Shown one piece after another: positions 12,192 through 25,665 of a stretch of 64,000 bases of DNA. The notes beneath the pieces were generated by a model. It was not told where the DNA came from, searched no databases, and saw only the letters and a program-made list of their open reading frames with translations. How positions within the stretch are numbered: position 1 is the stretch's first letter; every line of letters begins with the position of its first letter. A program made the position numbers and the translations under genes. This DNA is from Peribolospora baueri. Its lineage: Eukaryota. The stretch lies in assembly GCA_029717555.1 (NCBI GenBank), contig JAMDHS010000016.1:62001-126000 (forward strand), given 5' to 3'.

Positions 12192-13791
12192 GTGCTCTGC
12201 GTTCACACGGCCAGGGGAGCGAACGAGGAGGGCGACGGCATTGGAGGGTATGGAATTCCATGACAAGCAAGCAAGCAAGTAAGGCGCATCTCGTCTGGAC
12301 GCCGCCGGCGTCCCATCTCTCCGTACACGAAGGACATGTAAACGACGGACGCGAGCGCTCCTCGTTTCGTTTCCTTTCGTTTCGCCATCGCAGTCGCAGT
12401 CGCAGCGCCAGTGCATCACATCGCATCGCATAGGTGACGGTGCCCGTCGCGCTTTGCTTTGCCGGGACGGAGGAGGCGGCAGGACGAGGGATGGCAGGAT
12501 GGGGAATGGAGAGAAGAGGTGAGCGTGCGAAAGTCGGTCGGTCGGTCGGGCGGAGGGATAGGCGTGCGCGTGGGAAGGACGTCAGTTTGCTGACGCTCGT
12601 CGGCAGATAGTCCATGTCCGACACCGACTCGGCCTCGGACTCGGACTCGGGCTCGGCTCGGCAGATGACCCGTTAGCTCGGTCGAGGTGGGAAGAGGAGG
12701 TGGTGGGCTGTCGACGTAGGCGGAGCGAACGAACGATCGGTGTGGTGGACAAAGGTGGACGGACGTCGCCGTCGAGCATACGAGTCTGTCCTCCCCTCTG
12801 TCTGTCCCTGTCTTTGTCCCTGTCCCTCGCTGTGCTATGGCCAACACCTGGGGCCGTTGGGGATGAGAATGAGAATGAGATTACGTACGACGATGCGGCA
12901 TCCGCTCGTAGTGATCAGCATCCGCCGTCCCGGTGCCTGGCTTGCGAGCTCCAAGAGCTCCAAGGGAGCGAGGAGAGAAAGGGAGAGAGCGAGCGTGAGC
13001 GGGCGATGACGACGACGTACGAGGACGACGACGATGACGACGACGAGGACGAGAAGGACGACGAGACGCCGACGAGGATGCCTCGAGCAACCTTCGTTAA
13101 CCCTAACTTTACCTTGCCTTCCCCTACCCAGCCTTACCCAGCCTTACCCAGGCCAGCCGTAACCTTGGCCTGGCTAGCGCTGGCCTGCCCTGAGCGCTGG
13201 CCTGGCCTGGTCGGCTGCCACGAGGCCGGGCGGTTAAATAAACGGGCTTACTTTGTTTGATGGAGTCCCTTCTTCGACTCTCTCACTTCCGATGTCGTGT
13301 CGTCGCCGGCCATATCCATCATAATCGTGACGCGACACCATCCCAATCTCACCTTTGTGCGGCGTGCGGGCCAAGGAGGAGGATGGAAGGATGAATGATG
13401 GGTCGGTCGAGCGGTCGTACAAGGTTCGTCCAAAACGTCCTCGTCCCTCCTTCGTCGGCCGATTTGAGCGACCTCGACAACGACGACGACGACGACCTCG
13501 ACACTAATAACGACCTCTTCCTCTTCCTCCACCTCCGCCCCTTTCACCCTTCGGTGAGCGACTACTCTCGGCCGTGCGAGCATGCTTTTCTCTCCGGCCG
13601 GTGATAATGGACGGACGGAGGGACGGAGGGACGGGATGGATGATGCTGAGCAACGTCGTCTCGTTCCCCTTTGCCTCCTTCGTTCTCTCACCACCGACTC
13701 CTCCCCACCGAACTACATAAACAGACGACCAAGGTCGTCGGCCACTTGCCAACCGTCGTCTTTCTCCTTCTCATTCGCCCTCGCCCTCGGC

Positions 13792-15751
13792 ATGGAGTAT
13801 CCCGGCCAGTACCACGGCCAAGAACACGAACAACAGCGACAGCAACAGCAGCAGCAGCAGCAACACCAGCATCAGCAGGAGCAACAGCAATATCAGCAGC
13901 ACCAGTACCAGCAGCAACAGCAACAGCAACAACAGCAACAACAATATCGACACTGGCACCAATATCAGCCATTTCATCCTCAACACCAACACCAACACCA
14001 ACTCCAACCCGCACCCAATCCTCCCTCCCACCCCGTCTGGCCCTCCGAACTGCCCGCCGATACCTCCTCCCTGACCCACGTCCCTCTCCCCGACGACGCC
14101 CACGCCCTGTCCAACTTTGCCCTCTCCCTCGCCATGTCTCTTCCTCCAACCCCCGCCGACGCTCACGCCTTCTATCCGCCCCTCCTCCCTTCCAACGCCT
14201 TCTCCTCCCCCACCGCCATCGGCCTCGCCGTCTCCGCCCCTGATCCTCGCCTCACGACGGCCGCCGGCGGCGACCAACACCAATGGGCCCCCGCCGCCTT
14301 CCTCCACCCGGTCGCTGCCCCCGCTACCACCCCCCAGCCCTCGCCCTACGCCCACACCGCGCCCCTCCTCACCGCCTACCCTTCTTCCCACCTCCTCCTC
14401 ACCCCTCCTCCCACCGCCCTCCAAGCCCCCCCGATGTCCACCCCCGTCTCTTCTTCCCCCGCCCCCACCGCCACCGCGTCCTCCCCAGATCGCCCCAGGA
14501 AGATGGGCCGCCGCATCCTGGCAGAACACGCAAAGTTCTACGACTACCTTGTCGACGTTCAAAAGCCCGTCGTCCATCTCGACCTCCACCTTGACGACCA
14601 GCACAAAGCCACCCAATCCCCCGCGTCGACGACGACGATGACAACGACAACGACGACGACAAAGAGGTGCATGTTCTGTCGCGAGTGGGAGTTTAGCCAC
14701 CTTCCCAAGTTTCTCGATCACCTTGTCGATAGGAGCAGAAAGTATAGGGATAGGGGACATTCTGGTCCCCTGTTTGAGATGGCCAGGCAAGGGGCCTTGG
14801 AGATCCAGACGGCCAAGAGCAAGGAGCGCTCAAAGTCGGCCTCTTCGGCCTCTGCAAAGCTCCCCGGTCCGACGCCCCCGGATCCCGCGCCCGCGCCGTC
14901 GACCGAGGACGTCGACGACAAACTCGTCCCCGCCGACGGTAGCACCACCACTATCATCACCACCACCACCACAGAAGACCTCCTCCCGCCCGGCACGGCC
15001 GGAGCGCCGGTGTCATTGGTGCGTTGCCGCTCCCTCGTCACGCTCCGTGAGCGTGCGCACCTCGCTAACCGCGTCTCCCGCCTCGCGCGCCGCACAGACC
15101 ATGCCCGCTTTTTCCGCGTCGGCACCCTCCCATCCGCGCACCCCATCCTCCTCCCTCTCCACCCCCCGCCCCTTGCACGCGTCCCAAGTGGACGTCGTCC
15201 AGCAGCTCACAGAAGCCGTACGGTCCATCCAGTCCGGCATGTCCACCATCCAAGCCGACCTGGCCAACATGAAGAGCAACATGGTCTCCCGCGACGACCT
15301 CAACCGGCTGCTCTCCGTCGCTGGCGTCGCTCTCGCTGGTCACGGTCACGGTTCCGGCCCCGGCCCCGGCACCGGTGGCGGCGGCGGCGGGGGTTCAGCC
15401 GGCGGAACCGACTCGGATCGGTCCGCCTTTGCAACCTACACCGCGTCCCACACTGGCACCGGCACCGGCACCGGCACCGGTTCTGGCTCCGGCTCCGGCT
15501 CCTGGTCCGCTTCTACTCCTTCCTCTTCTTCTTCTGCCCCGTATGGCGGCCACAACTTGTCTGCGGCGGCTCACACCCACCGTCACTCGTCCGACTCGTC
15601 TCCGCCAGCGCCAGCGTCAGGGCAAGGCGTATTGGCAACGGCGTCGTCGTCATCATCGTCGTGTACGTTATGCGTTCCCCATCCCCCTCCCTTCCTCCCT
15701 CCCTTCCTCCCTCCCCTCCTCACAGCCGGAGGCGGAGGCAGCGACCGCTGA
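13792..15751 (+). CDS. Hypothetical polyQ/Pro-rich protein with a CxxC...H motif and a short coiled coil; 2 exons (intron about 15019-15097)
   Basis: ATG 13792 MEYPGQYHGQEHEQQRQQQ...; CMFCREWEFSHLPKFLDHL; a gtgcgt...gctaac...cacag intron joins ORF 13582-15843 to ORF 14723-15751. Confidence 0.6.
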
Positions 15752-16514
15752 CCTACCCAGCTAGCTCGCTCGCCTCCCTCTCCCGTACCCGTTCGTTCGT
15801 TCGTTCGTCTGTCTTCCCGACGCGGGAGGCTACGGCGGTGTGAATAATGTACGTCCCATCGCCTTTTCTGCTCATGTATTATGATATCTCCCATCACGTT
15901 ACGTTACGTTACGTCCCATCGCATCCAATCATATCACATCACATCAAATCATACCAGCCAGACGTGCATTCCTCGCCGAAGAGGCCGCCGAAGCCCTTTC
16001 GCCGGCCACCGCTCGCCAGTACCGGCGGCGGTGCATGGTCAAGGCGATAGTTGGGGGTGCGTGTCGTCGTCGTCGTCGTATCTCGTCGTGTCGTATCGCC
16101 TCGCGTCGCCTCGCACCACCTCGCACCATCCATCGCAACCTTCCTCGCCCTTTGTTCTCGGCCTCGCACAGCGTCCTCGCGGATGCGCTCGACCCGATTC
16201 GACGCGCTCGATTCGATTCCTTGTTCCCGCCTCCGTTCCCACCTTCGGCACACGTCTATATAGAGACCCCGTATTTCACTCGCGGAGGCGACAGCGGGTG
16301 CAGTGGATGAGAGAATGTGGGTGCCATCCTTTCCTTTCCTTTTCTTTCCCTTTCCCTTTCCCTTTCCGTTTCTTTTTTATTTATCTCGACGACGATGAGG
16401 TCAATCTCGTGGAGAATAAACGTCCGCTCGGCTTTTCTTTTTCAAACGCCGGACGACGGCCGTCTGACAGACAGCAACCGAGGCAAGCGCCCTTCCGTCC
16501 TCTTCGCCATCACA

Positions 16515-19500
16515 TCACCGTCCAACCTCCCGTCCCCGACGCCCTCCTAACCCCGTCCCACCGTTTCCCCTCACAAACCCGAATCGACCGCCTTCGACCC
16601 CGCCCGCGCCGCCGCTCGACACGCTCTGAGCTGACATCCCACTCTCCGAACTCGCCGACTTGGGCAGACGCGAGCCGCTTCCCCCCGTCTTCGTCGCGCT
16701 CGCGCTCGCGCTCGCCGCCGATCCGCTGGACTCGGACCGGTCCGTCGCGCCGCTCAACGTCTTGCTCGTTCGATGCGTCGACGGCCGGTACGCCAGCCGA
16801 GAGCCCGGGATCGTCGTCTCCCTCTGCATCGACGACTCCAGCCGAGAACTAAAGCCGATCCCCGGCACGCTCGGCTGGCTTGCGCGCGAGGTGGACGCCA
16901 TCGTATCGCCGCCGCCACCGATGAAAAAGGCGGACGAGGGCAAAGCAGATGACGTCAGCGACAGAGGACGGCCGATGGTCGACACTCGAGACCTCGTCGT
17001 CGCTGGACCCGACGAGACCGCCGGTGGGACCATAGACGCCGGCCGGGGCGCTTTGAGCCTGCTCGAAGGCGGCGCCGCCAATCGGCTGACGAACGCCGGC
17101 CTCTTGCTCTTCCCTTCGCCCACGTCGTTCGCTCCCTCCCAACTTTCGCCCGAGCCTGTCCTCTCGCGCAGCGAACGCGGAACCGCGGGCACCGCCAGCG
17201 GCGGTACGGGATCTGCTCCGACTCGAGCCGACGTCTTCGACCTCGTCGGGCTCCCCGGGTCGCTCTGCAGCCTCGTTCTCGCGCCCGATGGATCTTGTCC
17301 GTCTTTGAAAGGTGAGCGAGGACGTCCGCTCGTCGAATACGCCGCCGCCGAGCTCGACTCGCCGCGCGTGCGCAGCGCAGAGCTAGTGCTGTGCTCCGGA
17401 GGAGGAGCGAGCGAAAGACTGGTGGACGTCGACGGCTTTTGATCGCGAAGCTGCATGGCAGGCGCGGGCTGGGAGCGACTGGACACGAGCCCAGAAGTTG
17501 CGCCGCTCGCTTTCGGGGCAGCGAGCCGGCCGCCCCCAGTTGGAACAGGCATCCTGCTTCCGACGCTCTGTCCCAATCGACGAAAACTGGAAACGCTTCC
17601 TGAGTTTGCCCCATCGTCGTCGATGGTAACAGCGTCGGCCGATGTGACGGGCTCACGCCGTTCCCCAGATACCGCGGCCGAGCAGTCCGGTACTGACTTG
17701 CTAGGCGCCGCTTCTTTGTCCTTGGTGGACGGGAAAGCAAACGTCCTGGCTGTGGGGACTGAATAAAACAAAAGCTCAACGAAGCGCCTTCGTACGGTCG
17801 TTCTACCCGATCGCTTTGCTTACCGCGTCCGATTCCGCTCTTTCGTCGAGGCGACGCTGGCGGTGGGTTTCTTGAACTGTCGCCCTCGACGGCACCTCGT
17901 CCTCCCTCGTCTTTCGGTTTGAAAGGCGCTTCCCAGTTGGAGTCCGTCCGAGCAGCATCGGTTCCGCGACCACTCTCCTGGCGGGAGGGACTCTCTTCTC
18001 CTGGAAAAGCTGAAAGGGTCACGCCAAATCAGTCCATCTCGCCGTGAGTCGAACTAACGCGGCCGTCACCTGCTCACCTCGTTCGGCCCTCCTCAACAGC
18101 GCTTCCGTATCCCCATCCTGATGTGCAAGCCACCGTTCCAAGTTGTTGCCAGTCCAAGTCGCACCTGCGCCAAGCGAGGCCAAGGTGAACTGGCTGCCAG
18201 TGGTATCTCCGTCGGACGAGGGAGATGGATCCATGTTCTCGGTACGGCCGCGGGTAGGAGAAGGAGGCCGAGTGGAAAGAGGGGTGGGGGCGACGTCATT
18301 GTTTTCTTCGTCCCCTTCGATGGGCGTCTCGAGCGCCGCTGACCTTGGGGAAGCAAGAGCGCCCATGATTGAACTATTCGAGCCCGGTGCGATAGAGGCG
18401 GCTAGCGTGCTGGGCGGAAGACTGGCGTTCAGAACGCTTCCGTAGCGCACGATGGTACTGCTGCGCAAGCCCAGTTCAGTGCTGAGGTCTGCGCTGACAT
18501 TAGACGCAGTGGACAAGCTTCGATCGGCCAGGCCGACGTCCTGATCCGACGCAGTCCTTACATTGCCAACGGGCACTCGGAGGATGCTCTGATCAGTGAC
18601 TTGCTTTGATGAGGACGGATCTGCATTGTGGCCTCCGAACACTCTCTTCGGCGAGCGTTGGGGGCGCCAAGGTTGCTGTGATCGACCATTCTCAGTCCGC
18701 TGCAGAGCACTCAGGTCGACGCTGATATCGCTGATGGTGACGTCGTCGAGATTTCTTGCGAACGAGCGATCCTCGCGAAGATCGAACGAGGCGTCATCGA
18801 AGCCTCCAAGGACATCGGAGAGACGGGTAGGAGAGGGCGGGAGCGCAGGTAGCAGGGCTGTCGAAGACGGTTGGGAGAATGTGTCAGGGGAAGGCGCATG
18901 CGGTGTAAAGATCGAGGTGGGCTCACAAGAATCAATCGTGTCGTCTGCACTGGACTGCGCTTCCACGTTGCCTTTGGCGATGATATCCCGAAGCGAGCTC
19001 GCCAGAGCCGTATCTTTCTCGCCCAAGTGACCTGGTGCAGGACCCGCCTCGCGTTGTTCATACCCATCGTCCAAAGCGTTCTGTAACTCGCTGGCGTCGA
19101 ATGTGGGTGCCGACTGACCACGTAAGACATCTTTACCCTTTGTCGGTGAGGTGCTCCTTTCTCGCAGCCGGCTGTTCATCGAGTCCGCTCGTGATCTCGT
19201 CGGCGACCCGTCCGCTGCTGCATCTCGTTCCAGAAGACCCATAGCCCTTTTCAGAGCCGCACTCTGATGACGAGGCGTCTTTCCCGGCGATAGTGGAACA
19301 TTCTGCCGCCGATCTGCGAAGGCCTCTTGCCCGTTCGTCAAAGGAGGCGGCGTGCCGATGATCGCCTGTTCAGTCGCCGGTCCCTTCACGCGTGTTGGGC
19401 TCATGCCGCCGTCACGCTCGTAGAGACCCAGTGGCCTCCGAGTCTGCTCCCCCAGCGCCTGCCTCTGAGGCGAGGCGGGATGCCGCTGTTCGTCATCGAG

Positions 19501-20052
19501 CCACCACCCCATCGAGTCGATGCTGCCAAAACGAGAATGTGCCGTGCCGTAGCTGGAATTTGAAGCCGAGCTGGGCGATCGTGGACAGGCGTGGTCCGTA
19601 AAGGGCTTAACGGCCCCACGCGAATGCTGGTCACCCACACCGGCGTGGTCAATGACGATCGGATCCATATAAGCCGTTTGTGTATGTGCCGGTCGCGGGG
19701 TGTCGCAAAGCCAGTCTTTCGTGTAGTCGCCCCTCTCCCATCCCTGCTCTTCTTGCCCGCCGTTCGACCCTAGCTCGGCGAGCGCACCTACGTGCAACGC
19801 AGCCTTCTGACTGGGCGTTCCTCCAAACAGTCTACCCGCGGCTGGACGGGGCGTCTCTATGTCGACGAGCTTAGAAGCGGCGGGCCTCTTAGGAGACGCA
19901 CGGGGCGAAGAAACGGTGGCCGCGAGACCGGGCCTCGCATTCTCCTTGTCGAGGAAGATAGCGGATGTGCGAGGGGAAGAGGCGGGCGAGTCGGGGAGGG
20001 GAGCATTGAGCGGGTCGAAAGCCGCGAGGAGGTCCAGGTTGACGCTGACCAT
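16515..20052 (-). CDS. Large hypothetical Ser/Pro/Arg-rich disordered protein, about 3 exons
   Basis: Long ORFs 18019-20052 (677 aa) and 16515-17771 (418 aa) are linked through the 16955-18022 frame by plausible GT-AG introns. No recognisable domain. Confidence 0.6.
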
Positions 20053-20907
20053 GTCTACGCCTCTTGACGTGGGAGAGAGAGACCGAGAAAATGGTCCAAG
20101 TTGTGCACGTCTAAAGGCAAAGCTTAGAATTTAAGGTCGTGTAACACACGCGCCGGTCACGTGCACCCGGTGCAGCGGCCTATGCTTCATTTCACTACTA
20201 CACGCGGTCCCGGCTGGGACGAATCCATGGCTACAAACATAAACACCCTTCAAGGAAGCGGAGAACGGAGCAGCTAGCTTGGCGCTCCTCCCTCTCGATA
20301 GAGGGTATGAGTGATTTAATTGTGCGATCTTCTCCAACACCGGTGGAGGAGCGAATGTGACAGGAAAAGGGACACGTCCGCAGACGACACACTTACCTGA
20401 CCGACTCACCAGGGCGTGTGTTGTCTCGGAAGAGAGAAAAGAAAAGGGAATAAATAGGTGGCTTCCTGGATTCATTATGCATACTGTCCTCTGACTGCTT
20501 GTTTTGCTTGATGCATATCAGCAACTCCGCTTGCATGCGCGTGACTTTGCTAAATCTCCCTCCAGCCTCGATGTCGTCTTCTTTAGCATAACTGCCATCT
20601 TTAACCGGTTTGACGCTTGTACGTTTGCGGGCGCGGCGCGACGGATAAAACTTGGGTGTTTTCTTGCGGACTTGGGACTTGGGAGAGAGGAAAACTACTA
20701 GACGGTACAACAGCGTAGAAAAGTGGTTTGACGTTGGGAACCTTGAGGATCACATCGAAGTTTTGAGAGCCTAGGGCCCGTCATTGGGAGACGATCGAAC
20801 GGAAACTTTGCGCGTAGGACTTGATCGACGACGACGGGAGAAAGGGGTACGGGCCAAAGAGTGGGAGAGATAACCACCCCCAAAGGGCTCTGAACCGAAC
20901 AACCACT

Positions 20908-22329
20908 TCAATAGTCGGGGTACGACCTGCCAACAGGCGCCCTCTCGACGCTGTCCGGAGCATCGTACCTCATGGCGTGCCTGTCATCCTTGTCAGGACT
21001 ATCGAGGTGGCCACCCTTGCGAGGCGGGGGCACGTCATCGGGGTAGCGAGACCGCGGCGCCGGGCTGACACTTTTATCGGCACCGGGTCTGCCACCACGC
21101 TCGTAGCTAGGGCTGCGCCTGTACCCGTAGTTCGGGCTACGGCGACTGCGCGGCGGAGGCGAATAACCTCGACGGCGCGGAGGAGGCGACGGGGACGGCG
21201 AGTAACGACCACGACGGCGGGGTGGCGAACGAGAGCGGCGCCGGGGGATAGGAGACCGCTCCCGCCAGCTACGGTCCCGGTCATAACCCAAACCCCTTCC
21301 ACCGTAGGAGTCGTAGCCGCCGCGCGGAGGGGGACGACGATAGGTATCAACTGATGATGGCAAACCAACGCACATCAGCGAGGTTGACCTTCAACCGAAA
21401 TTGCGCGGAAGACTCGGGCGAAACTCACAGTCGCCGCCGCGCTTGTTGCCCATATACTCGCCGGGCGTGGGGTCGTGAGGCCGCTTAGTGACAGAGTAAT
21501 CCACGCGAAGGCGGCGTCCGTGCAGTTCCTGAAGAGGACAATACAGAGAATGAGCGATGATGCGAAACATATACCTTAAATGATACGAAAACAGAACCCA
21601 CGATGCCATTGAGTGCCTTGATCGCACGAGTGGCACCGTCCACGTCCTCCATGGTCACGAAGCCGAAGCCGCGAGAGCGCAAGGACTGTCAAGAGAAACG
21701 TAATGGCGAAGATCAGGTCAAGGGAAAAGCTCATTTCTCGCACATTCAGAAACGCAAACCTCATCCAGCAGTTCTCACCCTCTGATCGTACACTATGGTC
21801 GCCTTCTCTACCCTTCCGAACCTGGAGAATTCGTCCTCGAGATCGCGCTCGACGGTGCGGATGCTCAAGCCGAACACACCGACGACGTTCGTCGGCTGTG
21901 GATCGTTTGGAGCATGGCGAGGCTTAGGCGGGGGAAGACGAGAGGACAGCGGGGGGGGCACGGGCGACCGGGAACGCGAGTACCTGCAGATGTATGGGGA
22001 ACGCGCGAAGATGAGACCTGAGAAACCATCACGATAAGCGGAATACGCGTAGTAAGCTCACTTCCTACGCGGAGGAGGGCTCCTGCTACTGTCCAGAGGG
22101 GGCCTGTTCTGTCCCGGAGGACTGCGGCTCCTCGAGCGACCGCGAAAACCGTCCTCGTTGACGGAAAGGTCCGGGGGAGGGCTACGCCAATGGTCGCCGG
22201 CAGCTTCAGCGGGAGGAGAGTCGTACTTTGTACATGAGAAACAAGCAAGGGATGATGGTGAGCAACAAGAAAAGAAGCCGCAACATAGTTGCTGCCAAAA
22301 GCACCGGTATCTACCCGAGCGCTCACCAT
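20908..22329 (-). CDS. Transformer-2-like SR splicing factor (RS-RRM-RS), multi-exon
   Basis: RRM NVVGVFGLSIRTVERDLEDEFSRFGRVEKATIVYDQR|SLRSRGFGFVTME...ALNGI|ELHGRRLRVDYSVTKRPHDPTPGEYMG, which includes the Tra2 linker signature; RS-rich flanks. Confidence 0.9.
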
Positions 22330-22634
22330 GTTTGCGAGTCTGAAAAACTAGATAGACTCCTGTGCGATCGCGATGGAGATGTGGAAAACAAAGGCTCATG
22401 CGATGGAGCCGGAGGTGACACATTCCGCGCGCATTTGCCACGTGCGCGGTACAACCCTACTCCTATGGAGCAATAACCCTACTCGCGCAATCCAACTCCC
22501 AGCTATACAGCAGTCCTGCCATCCCGCCCGCCCTTCTCCCTTGCTGCGGCGCGTTTCGAACGAGAGCACTTGGCCGTCTGTCCCTCAGTCCCGCTCTCGT
22601 TCTTCTCCCAAGCGAAGAAGACCCGTCAAGCACC

Positions 22635-23956
22635 ATGGTGAGCAAGGCTGGAAGTCCGGGATAGATGCTGAGGTTGGCATATGATGCGGATGAGGAGCTG
22701 TTAGATGCAGGGCATGGCGCATCTGGTGGAAGGAAAGGGCTGGACAGGCGGTCGAGTACGGCACCGGCATCCGGGAAGGACAAGGAAGACGAGTAGTCGG
22801 TAAGACGATGGGTGGACGGTCGCTGACCACCTTGTTCGTCCCTTTCGCCTTGTCCTTTTGCGTTTGTCGCCATTCGCTTCATGGGACAATAGGGTATCGA
22901 CGTGAGTACGAAGCCTTGCCTCGTTCCGTACTGTCTACCGACTGGGGTCTCACAATTTCCCTATCCCGCTCGTTCGTCCACGTAGATCAAGAAGCACCAC
23001 GTTAAAAAGGGCCAGCGCACTGCGCCCAAGAGCGAGGACCCCTACCTCCTCTTGCTTGTGAAGGTGATTGTCGTGACCGCGATTGTAGAACGGACGGGTC
23101 GAGGTTAGGTCTGGAGGGCACGCAATCTCGGTGGGACGAGCGTTTTGGGACGCTTGTAGAGCAGCTGGTAATACGCCAGCGACATTCGTCTCGGAAAGCA
23201 GGAGAGAAGGGTTAACAGGGGCGAAACTGCGCTCCTGCAGTAGTTTGAGTGTATTGATTCCAGCGGACGCTGACGACCGTGCTTGGTTTTCTTCAATTAG
23301 CTCTACCGCTTCCTGGCTCGCCGGACCGACTCGCGCTTCAACAAGGTGATCCTCCGCCGCCTCTACCAGTCCAAGATCAACCGTCCCCCCGTGTCGATCT
23401 CGCGCGTTGTCTACCTGACCCGCAACCACAACAAGGGTGTCGACTCGTCCAAGGCCGCTCCCAAGACGGTCGTCGTCGTGGGTCCCATCACCGACGACAA
23501 CCGCATGCTCGAGGTGCCCAAGCTTAGCATCGCCGCCCTCAGGTTCACTAAGACGGCGCGCGCCCGCATCCTGGCCGCTGGTGGCGAGTGCCTGACCCTC
23601 GACCAGCTTGCCCTCCGTTCGCCCACCGGCTCGAACACCCTCCTCCTCCGCGGCCCCAAGAACGCCCGCGAGGCCGTCAGGCACTTCGGCATGGGTCGTG
23701 AGTATCGGTCTCGGTATATTTCGAAGCTTGGACTTGTCCGTACCCGTCGTTTTATCCTCATCACACGCCCCGTCATTTTGTTCTTTCCCAGCCCACAAGC
23801 ACAAGAAGCCTTACGTCATGTCCAAGGGCAGGAAATTCGAGAAGGCTCGTGGCCGCAGAAAGTCTCGCGGCTTCAAGGTGCGTACTGGACGGATAGACTG
23901 TCGAGTTTTTGCAGTTCGAAAGCTGACGTTCTTCTCGTCTGCTTGCCCAGGTGTAA
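22635..23956 (+). CDS. RPL18: 60S ribosomal protein eL18
   Basis: ATG|intron|GGTATCGAC (GID)|intron|[58 protein letters not shown]...[18 protein letters not shown]. Confidence 0.97.
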
Positions 23957-25665
23957 ACACCTTGTCGCCATCGCCATTTGTCACTCAACCCTGCTCCGCC
24001 ACCGGGGCGGGTGCCCGTGGACGGGCTATGTGCGCTTTCACGCTCGTCCTCGAAAAGCCCATGTGTCGGCGTGGCCTACCTATGCGAGCGCCTGTACCTA
24101 TTTCTCGGCTTGTCGAGCCGATCCATGTTTCCAAAGTGTATGGCTCGTGGTCCGAGCGAATTCTCAGCTTGCAAATTCACTGGTCGTCATGGGTATCGTG
24201 GAGACGCGCCTTCGACGCGCGTCTGCCTAGGCCTACGGAGATGGGGCTGGAGGTGCAAGCTGGCTAGCTCGGACGGAGTCGAGCACCAGCTGAGAAGTGG
24301 AAGTGCGATGACGGGAGCGGGCATGGCTGGTCATCCCTCTTCTCTTTCTGATGACACCTGCATCACTTATAGAATGCCGCCTGGTGTGGTTGTCGAAGTT
24401 GGGCGGAGGACGAGCGGCAGTATGAACACGTGGAAAGAAAGAATGCGCCACCGTGAAGCACAAGCACGATCCACGGTCGAGTCGTGCGGGCATTAACTAG
24501 ACCGAGACCTTTCTTCGTGGCCGGGCGGCCCGGGTGGATCGAGCGGCGCGCGTCGTCTTCATTTTTTTTCTACTGCATTTTGTGGTGCGCTGTGAATGCT
24601 TCGTCGTAAGTGACTCGCTCGGTCATCGCGATCAGGCAAAAAAAAAATAGACTCGATTCCTCATTTGCATTTCCACCGTCACGAAATCCGTCGGATAACC
24701 ACACATCCATGACAGGGCAAGCAAGCTGTTTATTACTCCAACTGCCGCCGTGCGGGCATAGCCACGCACGCAAGTGGGCAAGGACGAGATGCGAAGGAAG
24801 GAAAGAAGAGATCGCGAGTGGCCCGCCGGCAGACGGCGTTCTATGAGCTGGGAGGCCGTGTGAGCATGTCAGGATGGCGTGGGCTGGAGATGAGCGTCGC
24901 TGGCCGGCCGTCGGTGGTGGCTGAGGATGAGGATGCGGCTGCGGCGGGAGGAGGATCGACGGGGACGGGAGGAAGGGGCGATGGAGGACGGAGGTATCAG
25001 CCGGGCACGCCGGCGTCGACGACGACGACGACCCAGCTGACAGGTCGATCGCCTCTTGAGACGGCCGTAAATGGCGAGCGACGCCCTGACCTGACATTTC
25101 TCGAGAGAGAGATCTTGCGCTGTCTTGCGATGTCACGTGCCTGACCGACACTTGCGCTGCGCTCGGGCGTTTGATCGCTAGGGCCGTCATAGCGCGACCT
25201 GCCGCAGCACGGAAGTCCGGCGGTTCGTACTTCGGTGCAGTTCCACCACGCGCGGCAAGTGCGGTGCACAGATAGTCTGGTTGGCGCCGACGAGGGGGCG
25301 GTGGACGAAGGCGAAGAGCGGAGGGGAAGGAAAAGGACGAACGGGGCCGAAAGGAAGAACGAAGGGATGAAAGAACGAAGGGACAGGCCGCCTTGCTTGG
25401 CCTTAGGGCCGGCGGCTCGATACTGGGATGCAGCTCGGATGACGCTTCTCGGCGGTGCGTTGGTCCCTTGGCTCCTTAAGGCGGCCTCCGCCGTCGTCTC
25501 CTTCGGCCCACACCTCCTTCTCTTCTCCTCTTGCTTACATCTCTTTGCGCCTCGTCAGATACACTCCTCCTTCCTCGTCCACCTACTCTCACGTTCACCT
25601 ACGCTCTTTGCCTCTCGTCCAGCGCCTCTCTTCGCTCACTCGCTCGCTCCGTCTATGGTTCGGTC

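Noticed and set aside
13095..13215. taaccctaac and (ccagccttac)-type repeats suggesting interstitial telomere sequence
   Set aside because: Fewer than two full units, within a region rich in assorted simple repeats.
22638..22892. C/D snoRNA in RPL18 intron 1
   Set aside because: ATGATGC is not a proper C box, and the CTGA is the branch-point sequence.
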